Shown here piece after piece: positions 24,101-35,200 of a DNA stretch of 64,000 bases. A model generated the notes under the pieces. The model saw only the letters and a list, made by a program, of their open reading frames with translations, did no database searches and had not been told where the DNA came from. A program made the translations under genes and the position numbers. How positions within the stretch are numbered: position 1 is the stretch's first letter; each line of letters opens with the position of its first letter. The stretch is taken from assembly GCA_001599295.1 (NCBI GenBank), contig BCGN01000004.1, positions 376,138-440,137 of the forward strand. Direction: 5' to 3'. The stretch comes from Sporopachydermia quercuum. Its lineage: Eukaryota.

Positions 24101-24175
24101 TTGAAAACATTCAACAATTACTCACCTTGCTTTACAAGTCCAACAACCAGTTCTAACTCTTGTCAGTTTGGTCAT
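21146..24175 (-). CDS. Zn2Cys6 transcription factor with long C-terminal fungal-specific regulatory region (TF-B); exons 24175-24126 and 24050-21146 (984 aa)
   Basis: Intron 24125-24051 (GTGAGT..GACTAAC..CAG) joins MTKLTRVRTGCWTCKAR to RRKCDETKPICNNCKSTGRECKGYG; C-terminal WFDTII, NGCPGEIF and WPIFIL motifs resemble the Fungal_trans_2 domain. Confidence 0.9.
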
Positions 24176-25043
24176 TATTTTGAATTAACTCTCCTATCAC
24201 TGCTTAATTCCCAAATTCAAGTGATCTGTCTAATGATATTTTGATGAATCATGGAAGATCCACTACGTGTATGATTTGACCTGTTCGCTATCAAGTTCTT
24301 AATGATGACAGCTGGTCAGTAGAAACAAATAAATCTTAGTTATTAATTATATCTACCCGTTCTTCAAAATAGGTATTTATCAATACATTATTTTTTAATT
24401 TTTTTCTGTTATTCGTCAAGCAAATAAGGACATCAATTGGCAGTCAATGGATGAATACCAAGAAATGCACAAAAGCTCATCACTTAATTCATCGACTTTC
24501 TGTGAGATAAGTGCTGAAAAAGGTAACTGAGATACTCTAATTGTAGCGCTTATCAATCAAATGCTGAACTTAAATTTTGCAATGCTTTCTGGCTTTAGTA
24601 TAGTAAGTATTGTCTTGGAAATGCCATAGCCTTGTCAGGGTAAAGTGGATAAAAACATTAATGCTTATATAATCAGAAATACATTGGAAATATTGTATCA
24701 TTTCCGTAATTCCCATTTTCACCGAAGTATGGCTTCAGCCCACGTGCTGATATTTACGATGAAGCTTGAACTTGTTGCTTAGAGTAACATAAACAAAACC
24801 CTTTTCCTTGGAAACTAAATTCGATTAGATAATCATATAAGCATTACTTATTTGACAACACAGCAAAGTTCGATTTGAAATTTTTTTCGCCCAAAAAGAA
24901 CCAACATCCAGTTAAAAAAAAAATCTTCTCCCTTTTCCTTCTTTCTCTGCTGACTTTACAATTGGGAAAGAATATATAAATTATTATTAAAATTGAGATT
25001 TTTTCTTTCTCTTGACAGTTATAATATCTTCACTTACATCATA

Positions 25044-26200
25044 ATGAGTTTCACTGATTTCTCTTCTGTCGAAGGTAAGTTTGTAATGTTGATATTGATA
25101 CCGATATGTTTGTCGTTACTTAAAATGATTATATCGTTTAGTTCTGATGGACATTTTATGTCCACTTTCAAACATGAATACTAACATTTCAAAGCTATTT
25201 CTAAGTTAAACGACTTCTTGGCTGACAAGAGCTACATCGAAGGGTAAGTTGAATGAAGTAACTCGTAAAGAATGTTGGGTTGTAACTTATCAATCATAAA
25301 TGCGGCACCTATGGTGCCACAAAGTTATACGATTGATTGATTTATTGTCAATCTCCAGCCATCATTATAATCATATTAAGCCACTTAGTCTTTGGAAATG
25401 GGTAGAATTGAAAATAATTATTGAATGATGATTGAATTCTTTGGTCCATGTTAATGATCAACCATGAATTGAAAAAAGAAGTATTTTGTTCACTTTATCC
25501 TGACTTTTAATTAATTAACAATTAATTTGCGATCTCAATTGTTTATTACAATTGCGGATCAGCAAACTCCCAGACCATTGGTTTAAGCATGTGATATTTT
25601 TTGGATATTGATTTGATAGTCAATTCTAACAATAAGTTTAGTTCTTCTGCCACTCAAGCAGACGTTGAAGCTTACAAGGCCTTCCAAGCTAAGTTCCCCG
25701 ACTTCTCAAGATGGTTTAACCATATTGCTTCATTCAGCGCTGAATTCGAATCATTACCTGCTGCTTCTGCTAAGGCTACTACTCCTGCTGCTACTGAAGA
25801 AGAAGATGATGACGATGATGTTGATCTTTTCGGATCTGACGACGAAGAAGTCGATGAAGAGGCTGAAAAGTTAAAGCAACAAAGGCTCGCCGAATACGCT
25901 GCCAAGAAGGCTGCTAAGGGACCTAAGCCTGCTGCTAAATCTATCGTCACCTTGGAAGTTAAGCCTTGGGATGACGAGACTGATTTAGATGCTTTGTTGG
26001 CCAATGTCAAGAGTATCGAAAAGGACGGTTTGACTTGGGGTGCTCACCAATGGATCCCTGTTGGTTTCGGTATCAAGAAGTTACAAATCAACTTGGTTGT
26101 TGAAGACGAAAAGATCTCTCTTTCCGATTTACAAGAAGAAATTGAAGAATTTGAAGACTATGTCCAATCCACTGACATTGCTGCTATGCAAAAGTTGTAA
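25044..26200 (+). CDS. EFB1: Translation elongation factor 1-beta; exons 25044-25074, 25195-25243, 25642-26200 (212 aa)
   Basis: Spliced [35 protein letters not shown]...RWFNHIAS...DLFGSDDE...[16 protein letters not shown]...[10 protein letters not shown]; both introns begin GTAAGT. Confidence 0.95.
25421..25505 (+). ncRNA. SNR18: Box C/D snoRNA snR18/U18 in EFB1 intron 2
   Basis: C box ATGATGA 25425-25431, guide TTCTTTGGTCCATGTT, D' ATGA 25454-25457, D box CTGA 25500-25503. snR18 is known to be hosted in the EFB1 intron in S. cerevisiae. Confidence 0.85.
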
Positions 26201-26785
26201 GCAAACAACTCTTACTCTTACTTCATCCTTCTTATGACCATCCCTTATTATATAGTCTTTTATACGATTTGTATTGTTCCAAATCAATGACTTCAGTTTA
26301 ATATGTGATAACGTGAAATTATATCCTATATTTGTAGTATATACTGATATCAGCTTCTCACATGTATTATTATTTTTAAGCAGTCTCTCGCCCCGCCCCT
26401 GTTATGTTTCTGCCATCGGCTCTCGCTGTAACTCAAACTTCGCAAATCATCTGCAAATAAATGGTACATATTACGGAAATGATAAATGGACAAAATTTAA
26501 ACTCAGGTGTAAGTGGGCAAGTCTCAAACCGATAAATATGCCATTCCTCTAACAAAGCACAATCCACAGCATTTTCAACTATTGTATCGCGTCCTTCGCT
26601 AATGATTTTTTTTTTTGATCTTTGATAAAAGATTGTTTTAATCCTCTTCCAGAAACACTTTGTAGTACCGTATTGAATGGAAAGGCCAAGCGTGTATTGA
26701 ATGCTTGTCCATAGGTTTGTTTTATAACTAGTTACTAATCACTTGTTCCTAGACACTCAGTCTACAGTCATAGACAATTTCTGTC

Positions 26786-27889
26786 ATGTCGGCAGTAGGA
26801 TCAATTGTGGTGCCTCAAGCGTTATCTACAGGTTTAACGACACGGATAAGGAAGAATGACACAGCTTTGTTGATAAACACCGCGCCTGTGAGATCAACGA
26901 AGCGATCGACTGCTCAGGTTAGTTATGCGGAGATTGATGAGGATTTTGAAGACGATGACGAAGATGATGATGATTACAACGATGATGGTTCATCTACAGC
27001 TCCTAGTTCCAGTGCTATAGCTGAAAGAGCGAAGCGACTTTTAGCTCAGAGTGAAAATAGAGCTAGTGGTAGAAAATTAGCTCTGAAGACACCACATGTT
27101 CATCCGGAAGAAAGACAACTTCAGAGAATCGCTAATGAAAAGAAACCAAGTGTTCTAGTACCAATAAGACTCAACTATGAAGCTGACAATGTGTATCGGG
27201 TGAATGATTTCTTTCTGTGGGATTTGAATGAAGAATTTCTCACACCCGAACAATTTGCCAAAATAATGGTTCAGGATTTGGAATTATCAACTACATCAAT
27301 CAATCAAATAGCTTCGTCGATTAGAACACAGCTTGAAGAACATCAGTTTTTATCCACAGTACAACTACCAAAAGATGGCTCGATCAATGTGCTAATACAG
27401 TTGAGTGTCAGCCTGGATAAGCAGTTATATGAAGATAAATTTGAATGGGACTTGAACGGGATAATAACGCCTGAAGAGTTTGCATTAACAGTGGTCAAAG
27501 ATATGGGTTTACTACTAGAGTTTTGGCCAGCGATTGCTCATGCATTACATGAACAAATAACCCATTTAAAGAAAGAGTTCTTGGAAGGACATTTATTAGG
27601 TACAACTGTTGAGAATATGGCGTTCGGTGCATATGAAGTTGGCTGGAGATTTGATGAGGAAGGTTTGGGTGAGAAATGGAGTCCAATTGTGGAGACTCTA
27701 TCACAATGGGAAATTGAAAAGAGAGAAATTGAACGAGAGCGAAATCTAAGAAGACTGAAACGTGAAAGTATGCGTATGGGAGGCGATGTTATGGACTCTA
27801 ATTTGATATCTGGTGTCAGAAGAAGAAGCCGAAGGACTTTTGATGATTCAATGTCAAGGTCTGGTAGTCCTGGGTTTCACCGCTGGTAG
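26786..27889 (+). CDS. SFH1: RSC chromatin-remodelling subunit (Snf5/Sfh1 family)
   Basis: LVPIRL, DFFLWDLNE, TPEQFA, YEDKFEWDL, PAIAHALHE, WEIEKREIERERNLRRLKRE. Possible 5'-UTR intron 26509-26752 (GTAAGT..TACTAAT..TAG). Confidence 0.9.
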   Translation: MSAVGSIVVPQALSTGLTTRIRKNDTALLINTAPVRSTKRSTAQVSYAEIDEDFEDDDEDDDDYNDDGSSTAPSSSAIAERAKRLLAQSENRASGRKLALKTPHVHPEERQLQRIANEKKPSVLVPIRLNYEADNVYRVNDFFLWDLNEEFLTPEQFAKIMVQDLELSTTSINQIASSIRTQLEEHQFLSTVQLPKDGSINVLIQLSVSLDKQLYEDKFEWDLNGIITPEEFALTVVKDMGLLLEFWPAIAHALHEQITHLKKEFLEGHLLGTTVENMAFGAYEVGWRFDEEGLGEKWSPIVETLSQWEIEKREIERERNLRRLKRESMRMGGDVMDSNLISGVRRRSRRTFDDSMSRSGSPGFHRW

Positions 27890-29031
27890 ATCATAATAGA
27901 AGTGCATGTCCAAACATCATTAGATATTCTTGATGTATATTACTACTTGGTTCCAATAGATAATGTATCAACCAATTTATGAGTAAGCATTCATTCGGAT
28001 AAATGAGCATCATGGAATTTGCTTATACAATTATAATTCTGTGAATTGAAGGTTAAGGCCGTTCATCTGTTGGTGCTATTTATATCCAGTTGGGTAAACA
28101 CTATGACTATCACTTGTTGATATTGTTTGAATCTTCGAAAGCTAGGTTGGAGTAAACAAACATGGTAAGTTGCCTAATAGTGACTTATTTGTCAGCTATA
28201 TGAAAATCCCAGGCCATATATATAACGGTTAGGACCAAATTCTTCAAGGCAACGAAACGAAGTTTTTCAAGATCAAAAGGCACTAAATGATATGAAATAT
28301 CCGCTTTGTCTTTTGTCCTCTACTGGAAATCATTCTGGATATTCTTCATCACCAAACTGAAAGTATTTTGGCAGAATAATTCAATTGAAAGCAAAATTCC
28401 AATCAATGGTAATAGTTTGGTAAAACCAGATGGAAATATGAACAATATATTCGTATGAACCAATGTACACAGAACTTATAGCAATTTACATGGATGATAA
28501 CCTTATTTCATCAGCTCCTTGAATTTAAGATTTTTGTCGGCTTGTATTATATATTCCTATACTGAAAGGATGCTTCGAAGAGTTTTGAAAAGCTCATTAA
28601 AGGTTAATAATTTATCTACGTTAAAATTGGTTGCTTGTAAGACAATGTAGATTCCTTATCTTTCGATCTATTTCCTTCCATTCATCATGGTGATTCCTTG
28701 TATTTTGATATGAATCCTTCAATAAACTAGCTTAAATAAATACACTCTATAAAACAGCATGAGGCAACAACTAGAAAAACAAATAATGATATTTTTGCTT
28801 TCTTTTTTTGGTTGAAATCAAAGCTCTTAACATACTTGCTACAGCGTGATAAGAATATTCAACGATCATCATATGATCAGGATAATTCGGATGATCCCAT
28901 GTATCCTTTAACAGCACGTATATTTGTTTATTTATGATAATGTTAGCTCCTTATTAAAATGTTAATCAAAATATCAAATTAAATAGCAGACACAGTTTTT
29001 ATCTTCTAGTTTATTCACATCACATGATCAT

Positions 29032-31065
29032 TTAGATGGCTAGAATAGGCTTATCGAAGTTCATTTCACCACAAACATCAACAACAACATCAGTTTGAGG
29101 AATCAAAATGCCCTCAAAAAAGTGTTCAACTTCTTCAACTCCCTTTTCATTAACTTCAGTAACTAATGAAACATAACCGTCTGGTCGAATGACAGCAAGG
29201 ACAGCTTTATTAATGTCGAGACCAAAATGCTTATAAACGTCAGACGGCCCATTCAAATACGATTCATCATTACCAGCATAAACTTTCCAATAGTCGGTTC
29301 TATTCTCAGAATCAACAGGTCTATAACTATAAGGAATGTCATCATACCATTCAATATCAACCCTCTTGGATCCATGGATTAATATATTTTCAACTACACT
29401 ATCGTAGCGGGCACCCTTTGGAGTAAATTTCTTATAAAAACTCTTTTCACCACTCAAGTATTCATCCAACCAGTAAAGTGATTCTCTCAAGGACTTATTG
29501 TTAGTGTAGTCACCAGCAAAATTAATAACTCTCCATCGCCCATCTGATGGCATTCTATCAGCTAATAATAAAGCTCTTGCATCAGATTGAGTAATAACTA
29601 AACAATCATTCTTGAACCTTCTTCCAACAGGTAAATTAGTGGCGAAACTGGTATTATAGATATCTTCTTCATCATAACGCGGATTCTTTTCTAATTTAGG
29701 CTTGACTTCAAGAATTGACTGCTGATAATCAACAGTACAACCTGAAGCAAATTCGCTACCTTTTCTATAAGTATATCGGAACTCTTTCAAATCAATACCA
29801 TCTTTACTGCCAGGGCTTGCAGCCTTACCAGAAAATAATCTTGACAGCTTATGATCAAATGTAATCAAATCCCTTGCTACTTTCAATCTTTCACTTTCAT
29901 ATGTTTCCAATAAGTCAGGCTTTGCTAATCCTTTGCAAACATAAGCAAGTTTCCAACCTAGGTTATAAGTGTCCATCATGGAAATATTCATACCTTGACC
30001 AGCTTTTGGTGAATGGGTATGGCAAGCGTCACCAGAAATGAATACTCTGTTTGCCTTTTGAAAGCTTGGAGAGACTCTTTGGCCTATTTGATAACCAGTG
30101 TACCAATCCAAATCAGTGATATCAAAAGTATATGGATGGAAAATTTCCTTTGCGGTGTTAACAATTAGTTTTGGTGTGATTTTACTTCTGTCAACACGTG
30201 CAGTGCCAGGAATTGTAGGCAAATCCTTTAATTGAATGTAAACCCTAACAATACCCTTTTCCCTGGGAATAATCATAACTGAACCGTTGTCTGAATGAAT
30301 AGCACAACGATGTCTGATATCGGGAAAATTAGTAATTGGAACAGCATCGATAACACCCCAGATAAAATCAGTAGATTCTCCTTCAATTTGAATGCCTAAT
30401 TGTTTTCTGACCCAAGAATGAGCACCGTCAGCTCCTAAAACATACTTGCAATGAATGATTTCCTTTTCGTCAGTTCCAACTATTGCATCATCCTCGTTTT
30501 CGGATATGAACTGTCTGAATAAACCATTATTACCTTCACCAGTATTACCTTGAGGGTTTGCTTCTTCCTCAGTCAATTTCTTGATGGTAACACTTACGGG
30601 ATATGCTGATTGATCGTCTAGTTTTGTCTCATCGAGATTCAAGTCGATTGGCAAGTAAGGTCTTTCAACTTCCTGTTCATTATTAGACCAAAGAGCAATA
30701 GCATCTTGAATCCATTTTTCAATATGTCCTTGATGGATAACAACCTGCTGATATCTCGACATACCAGGAATAGAATCTGATTGTCTCCAAGTTCTTTCAA
30801 TTCCGCCTTTGGGACTAGGATCCCAAAAAACCATTTCAGTTGTATGGTTTGCTTCTGTCCAAGGTTTATGACCAAATCCAAACGAATCAAACACTTCTAA
30901 AGTACGAGCTTGGAGACCGTCTGCTTGACCTGAAAAAATCTTACCTGATCTCTTGTCGATAATTCTAAACGGAATACCACAGCGTGCTAGCCAATTAGCA
31001 CACATAAGACCTGAAGGTCCTGCACCAATTATGAGGACATCTGTTTTTGATTCTTTAACTGCCAT
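29032..31065 (-). CDS. FAD-dependent phenol 2-monooxygenase (phenol hydroxylase family)
   Basis: 677 aa; DVLIIGAGPSGL, GQADGLQARTLE, GADGAHSWVR, GDACHTHSPKAGQGMN and C-terminal RPDGYV thioredoxin-like domain. Confidence 0.92.
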   Translation of the reverse strand: MAVKESKTDVLIIGAGPSGLMCANWLARCGIPFRIIDKRSGKIFSGQADGLQARTLEVFDSFGFGHKPWTEANHTTEMVFWDPSPKGGIERTWRQSDSIPGMSRYQQVVIHQGHIEKWIQDAIALWSNNEQEVERPYLPIDLNLDETKLDDQSAYPVSVTIKKLTEEEANPQGNTGEGNNGLFRQFISENEDDAIVGTDEKEIIHCKYVLGADGAHSWVRKQLGIQIEGESTDFIWGVIDAVPITNFPDIRHRCAIHSDNGSVMIIPREKGIVRVYIQLKDLPTIPGTARVDRSKITPKLIVNTAKEIFHPYTFDITDLDWYTGYQIGQRVSPSFQKANRVFISGDACHTHSPKAGQGMNISMMDTYNLGWKLAYVCKGLAKPDLLETYESERLKVARDLITFDHKLSRLFSGKAASPGSKDGIDLKEFRYTYRKGSEFASGCTVDYQQSILEVKPKLEKNPRYDEEDIYNTSFATNLPVGRRFKNDCLVITQSDARALLLADRMPSDGRWRVINFAGDYTNNKSLRESLYWLDEYLSGEKSFYKKFTPKGARYDSVVENILIHGSKRVDIEWYDDIPYSYRPVDSENRTDYWKVYAGNDESYLNGPSDVYKHFGLDINKAVLAVIRPDGYVSLVTEVNEKGVEEVEHFFEGILIPQTDVVVDVCGEMNFDKPILAI

Positions 31066-31329
31066 ATCTGTAACTTACTTTAATGTTCTACCTATGATTT
31101 AACGATTCCTTCAATCACAATTTGATCGTAACTGCAGCATCGTAGTATGTTCAAATATCTAATGAACAGAATCGTTAGATAAAGCTGAGTGGTAAAACAC
31201 AGAATCTGCTGATTAAGTAGGTGATTGTATATCGGAAGAAGTTAACAAAAGAAAAATCATGCTATTACTATCATTTTCTTTTGTTTATCAATTAAAAGGC
31301 CATTGTACTATGAAANTATGGAAAGCCTT

Positions 31330-31351
31330 TGCCCGAGTAGATACTCGGGCA
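31330..31351. promoter_or_regulatory. Palindromic element TGCCCGAGTA-GA-TACTCGGGCA upstream of the phenol hydroxylase
   Basis: Perfect 10-bp arms with a 2-nt spacer, 265 bp upstream of the ATG; CCG-N10-CGG geometry. Confidence 0.55.
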
Positions 31352-33337
31352 TGTATTTGANACTCCCACAGTAGGAGAGCATTGAACGTTTATCCCGATT
31401 AAGGTTAAGGTTCAAGAAAGGGAATATCTGCGGGAAACTTAGTTACCTGTTAAGGTAAGTGAAATATTCCAAATAACCAACTAATTATGTGAGGCGTGCG
31501 TGTCTTTCACAAAAGACGATTACTATCTAAAGTGGGTACGTGGTGAAGACAGAACTTTCCGGGGAATCTGCTGATCTAAATTTGACAGGTTAACAACTGA
31601 TGATCATCAGATATGTCAAAGGTTTTAGTTCCTTGAAAAATTAACACAATCTGTTGTCCGAGATAGTGGATCATGCCAAAAAATACCTCTTGTCCGTTAT
31701 TGTTCGTATTTGGCTGAACGGTTTCCGCGAAAGTTCTTTTAAAAGTGAAACATAGGTTGCTGTAACAATGGCTGTTTGAATAATAATGTTTAGGACGTTT
31801 AATCAGCTGTTAGTAACAGGCTTCTTTCAGTTATCAATATTTCCTAGAGTTTGTTCCATTTTAAAGTAAATTCGAGACAAAGTTTGCCTACCTTCAAGTG
31901 CTAGATGTACTAATCATTAAAGTTTAGCTTCTCCACAAAGTTTATTTCTAAAGCAATCTGAGTTGATGATTACTTCAAAGTAACTAATTGAGCAAATTGC
32001 GTTAAAGACCGACTATGAGATGTACATTTCATAGAAAGGAGCTACAAATAAAGTAACTTCATTAAGGATGTTCTGGATTCTTTGTAGGGGTGCAAATCAT
32101 TTTTGATATTTATTTGTGCTTGGCCTGAAAATAAGGTAGAGAAAACAGCGTCAGCGTTATGATTGTCAAGAAAGATGTCTCAAAACCAAAGAAAAATGTA
32201 TATCCTACCTAGTATAGAATGTTCAAGGATGAGATATATAATCCCAAAGAACATAATGTGCTGATAGATATACTTTCCTGAGTGAAAAGATGTAGCAAAA
32301 ACTCAAAGACAACATCGGGAATAGGAATGTATTTGAACACTAAATGGGTAGACTAATTGTTCTATATATGATGTGCATCTCTCTGAAGCAGCGAGCCTGT
32401 CATCTTCTACTTCTACTGTTCCAAAGAAGAGAAGAGAAGACATCTATTTAGACATCAAAGATTCTGCTTCTCCAATTTAAATGTCCGTGAAATAAATGTA
32501 CGAAATGGTTGTCAGAAGTTCATAAGGACTTACAGCAAAATACAAGATAGTTAGTTACCAGCGTTCTGTTACCTGGTATCCAGCTGGCTTTGTATGATGG
32601 CAATAATTTTCCCGGCTTGAAAATAGAAACCCATCCAGTTACAAATTACTGGCGTTTCCAATTTTCTTGTATCATAGTTTATAGGGTATAGAAGCTCCTC
32701 AGTATGTTGATTCGACACTACAAGTATCTTGGATTGAACAATTGAACGGTTACAAATTGGAGATAACGGATTTTACTCGGAAAGCCCAATACGTCCTAAA
32801 GTGATTTATGCAGTTCAGCATTGCTTGCATAGTCATACATGATTTATTACTAGTTAAGGACTAGTTTTTCAAAGTAAAATTTCAGTTTACCCATTTTTCA
32901 GTAAACATCCCTACCCCATTCCGGCCATAATCAGCTTTAATAATAAATCTAATACTATGTGACACATCTGGATAATCTAAATATTAAGACTTTGCCAAGT
33001 ATGATACCAACGGCGGCAAGATAGTAATGATTACCTTATGGTTCTTATGAATCAAATTGAAGNGGGAGTTCTCAAGCTAGTTAGTTGATCCGTAATTGCC
33101 ATTGGCAAGATAGTGTACTAGGAACGATATCAGATTATTTGTATCCCGTGGTAGAGGTATAAAAGAAGCCTATTCCTTTATCGCTATTCTATTCATAGAT
33201 ATTCAGTAATACATAGGTACTATTGAATATTTGTGGAATCGGAAGTACAATTCTATTTCTATTGAGTATAAATAGTTAAACATTCAAAAAAACACCATTA
33301 GTAAATCTTTAAAGTATTTACCATTAAAACACCTACA

Positions 33338-34369
33338 ATGTCTGTTCTTGTCTCTGGTGCCACAGGTTATATCGCTCAACATATTGTTGATCAACTACTG
33401 GAAAAGAATTACACTGTAATTGGCACAGCTAGATCTAAGAGCAAAGGTGAATCTTTAAAACAACAGTTCCTCGAGAAATATCCCAATTCCACTCTTCAAT
33501 ATGAAATAGTTGAAGATATTGGCATAGAAAATGCATTTGACGATGTTATTCGAGCCCATCCTGAACTAAAATACATTATTCATACTGCATCTCCTATCGT
33601 ATTTGAAGCTACAGGGGACGAGGCAGACAAAGCTTTGCTGGCTCCTGCTTTGAATGGAACAAAAGGAGTTCTATCGTCAGTAAAGAAGTATGCGCCGCAA
33701 GTTGAAAAATTCGTTCTTACGGCCTCAATTGGGTCCATGCTTCATTGGGATGAGGCCGGCAATCCAAACTTTGTTCATACAGAAGAAACATGGGCAGGCT
33801 ATGATTGGAAAATAGCTAGGGAGGATACTTCTACTGCCTATGGTGCATCAAAAGAATATGCTGAAAAGGCTGCTTGGGAGTTCGTTGAAGACGAAAAGCC
33901 CAACTTCACACTAACTGTTATTAACCCATTCCTGGTATTAGGTCCTCATGTGTTTCAAGAGACTGCAAAAGCTGCAACAAATTTTTCAACCACCTGGGTT
34001 ACCAAACTTTTGAAATCAGAACCCACTGATACCAGCAAATTTGCTGCAGGTATAGGCACTTTTGTTGACGTTCGTGATGTCGCTAAGATTCATGTCTTAG
34101 CATTAGAAAGAGACATCTCTGGACGTAGATTACTGTTATCGGAAGATGAAACATCTGATCAAAAAGTCCTCAATGTTATTAATGAAAACTTTCCCTCATT
34201 AAGGGGTAAAATAGCTGTTGGCCAACCAAACTCACTGAACGATGAGGAATTTCTGAGTCAGAGATTATATATTGATAATAGCAGGACTAAGGAGCTTTTG
34301 AATTTGGAGTTCATACCATATGAAAAGACAATTATTGATCTTGTAAAACAAACTATAGACGCTGAATAA
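33338..34369 (+). CDS. NADPH-dependent methylglyoxal/aldehyde reductase, Gre2/Ari1-like extended SDR
   Basis: VLVSGATGYIAQHIV, IHTASP, YGASK catalytic YxxxK, FVDVRDVA. Confidence 0.9.
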   Translation: MSVLVSGATGYIAQHIVDQLLEKNYTVIGTARSKSKGESLKQQFLEKYPNSTLQYEIVEDIGIENAFDDVIRAHPELKYIIHTASPIVFEATGDEADKALLAPALNGTKGVLSSVKKYAPQVEKFVLTASIGSMLHWDEAGNPNFVHTEETWAGYDWKIAREDTSTAYGASKEYAEKAAWEFVEDEKPNFTLTVINPFLVLGPHVFQETAKAATNFSTTWVTKLLKSEPTDTSKFAAGIGTFVDVRDVAKIHVLALERDISGRRLLLSEDETSDQKVLNVINENFPSLRGKIAVGQPNSLNDEEFLSQRLYIDNSRTKELLNLEFIPYEKTIIDLVKQTIDAE

Positions 34370-35200
34370 TTAACAGTACTTGTTTGGTTTAGCTTTATCA
34401 ATATAATAATGGTTTTATAATATAGTACCTTTATAATAATTATATAAATAAAAAAAATAGAGTTTACTTTTATTGAAGCTAGTTCGTAAAATACGACAAC
34501 ACAATGAAGGAAGTGATTTGTATTCCGTAGTTGGCAGGCTGAAGATGCTTTCACGATCTTTCCTAATCTAGTAGTTATTCAGTTTATTAACCTTTAGCGC
34601 ATTGTGTTACATCTTCAGCAAAAATAACTGTTTGCACATCGAGGAAACTCTTTCTCTGATTTTCCTCTCAAATAATTGAAATCATATTACAGATTAATTG
34701 TTTCTCAGACGTTTTCAGTCAACTTGATACAAAATGAATGCGTAACCTATGCAAAATATATGCAGGCTTTAGCGCTTTACTTAAAGTTATAAAGAAACAG
34801 AGCTAAATGTCCACTAAATATCTAGTGATTAGAATGTTATTACCCTTTTCAAATTTTATGGCGCTAATCTGTGCATTACTGAACCGAAGATAGCCTATTT
34901 TTACTTATCAATAAACCTTATCTCATCACTGACAATGAATTCTAAATCCACCTATACTATTATAATTCAATTTCTATGATTTAAATCTATAAGGATGAAT
35001 GTAATCAGTAAGCTGGAGTTGTATCAAAGAATAAAAGTTATATAAATACCAAAAGGTTCTTGTTTTTTAACCTTTTGATTTTTTGGAGGCTCTCTAAAAG
35101 TGTTACATTCCAATAATCAATTGTAGTATTTATCGCCTATTTGACAAGACCATATTATAATTAATCTTCCACAACTTTGAATTTTGAGCGTCTTCTCAAA

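Noticed and set aside
25085..25147. Second C/D snoRNA in EFB1 intron 1 (ATGTTGA...CTGA)
   Set aside because: The C box is degenerate and I could not match a guide to rRNA.
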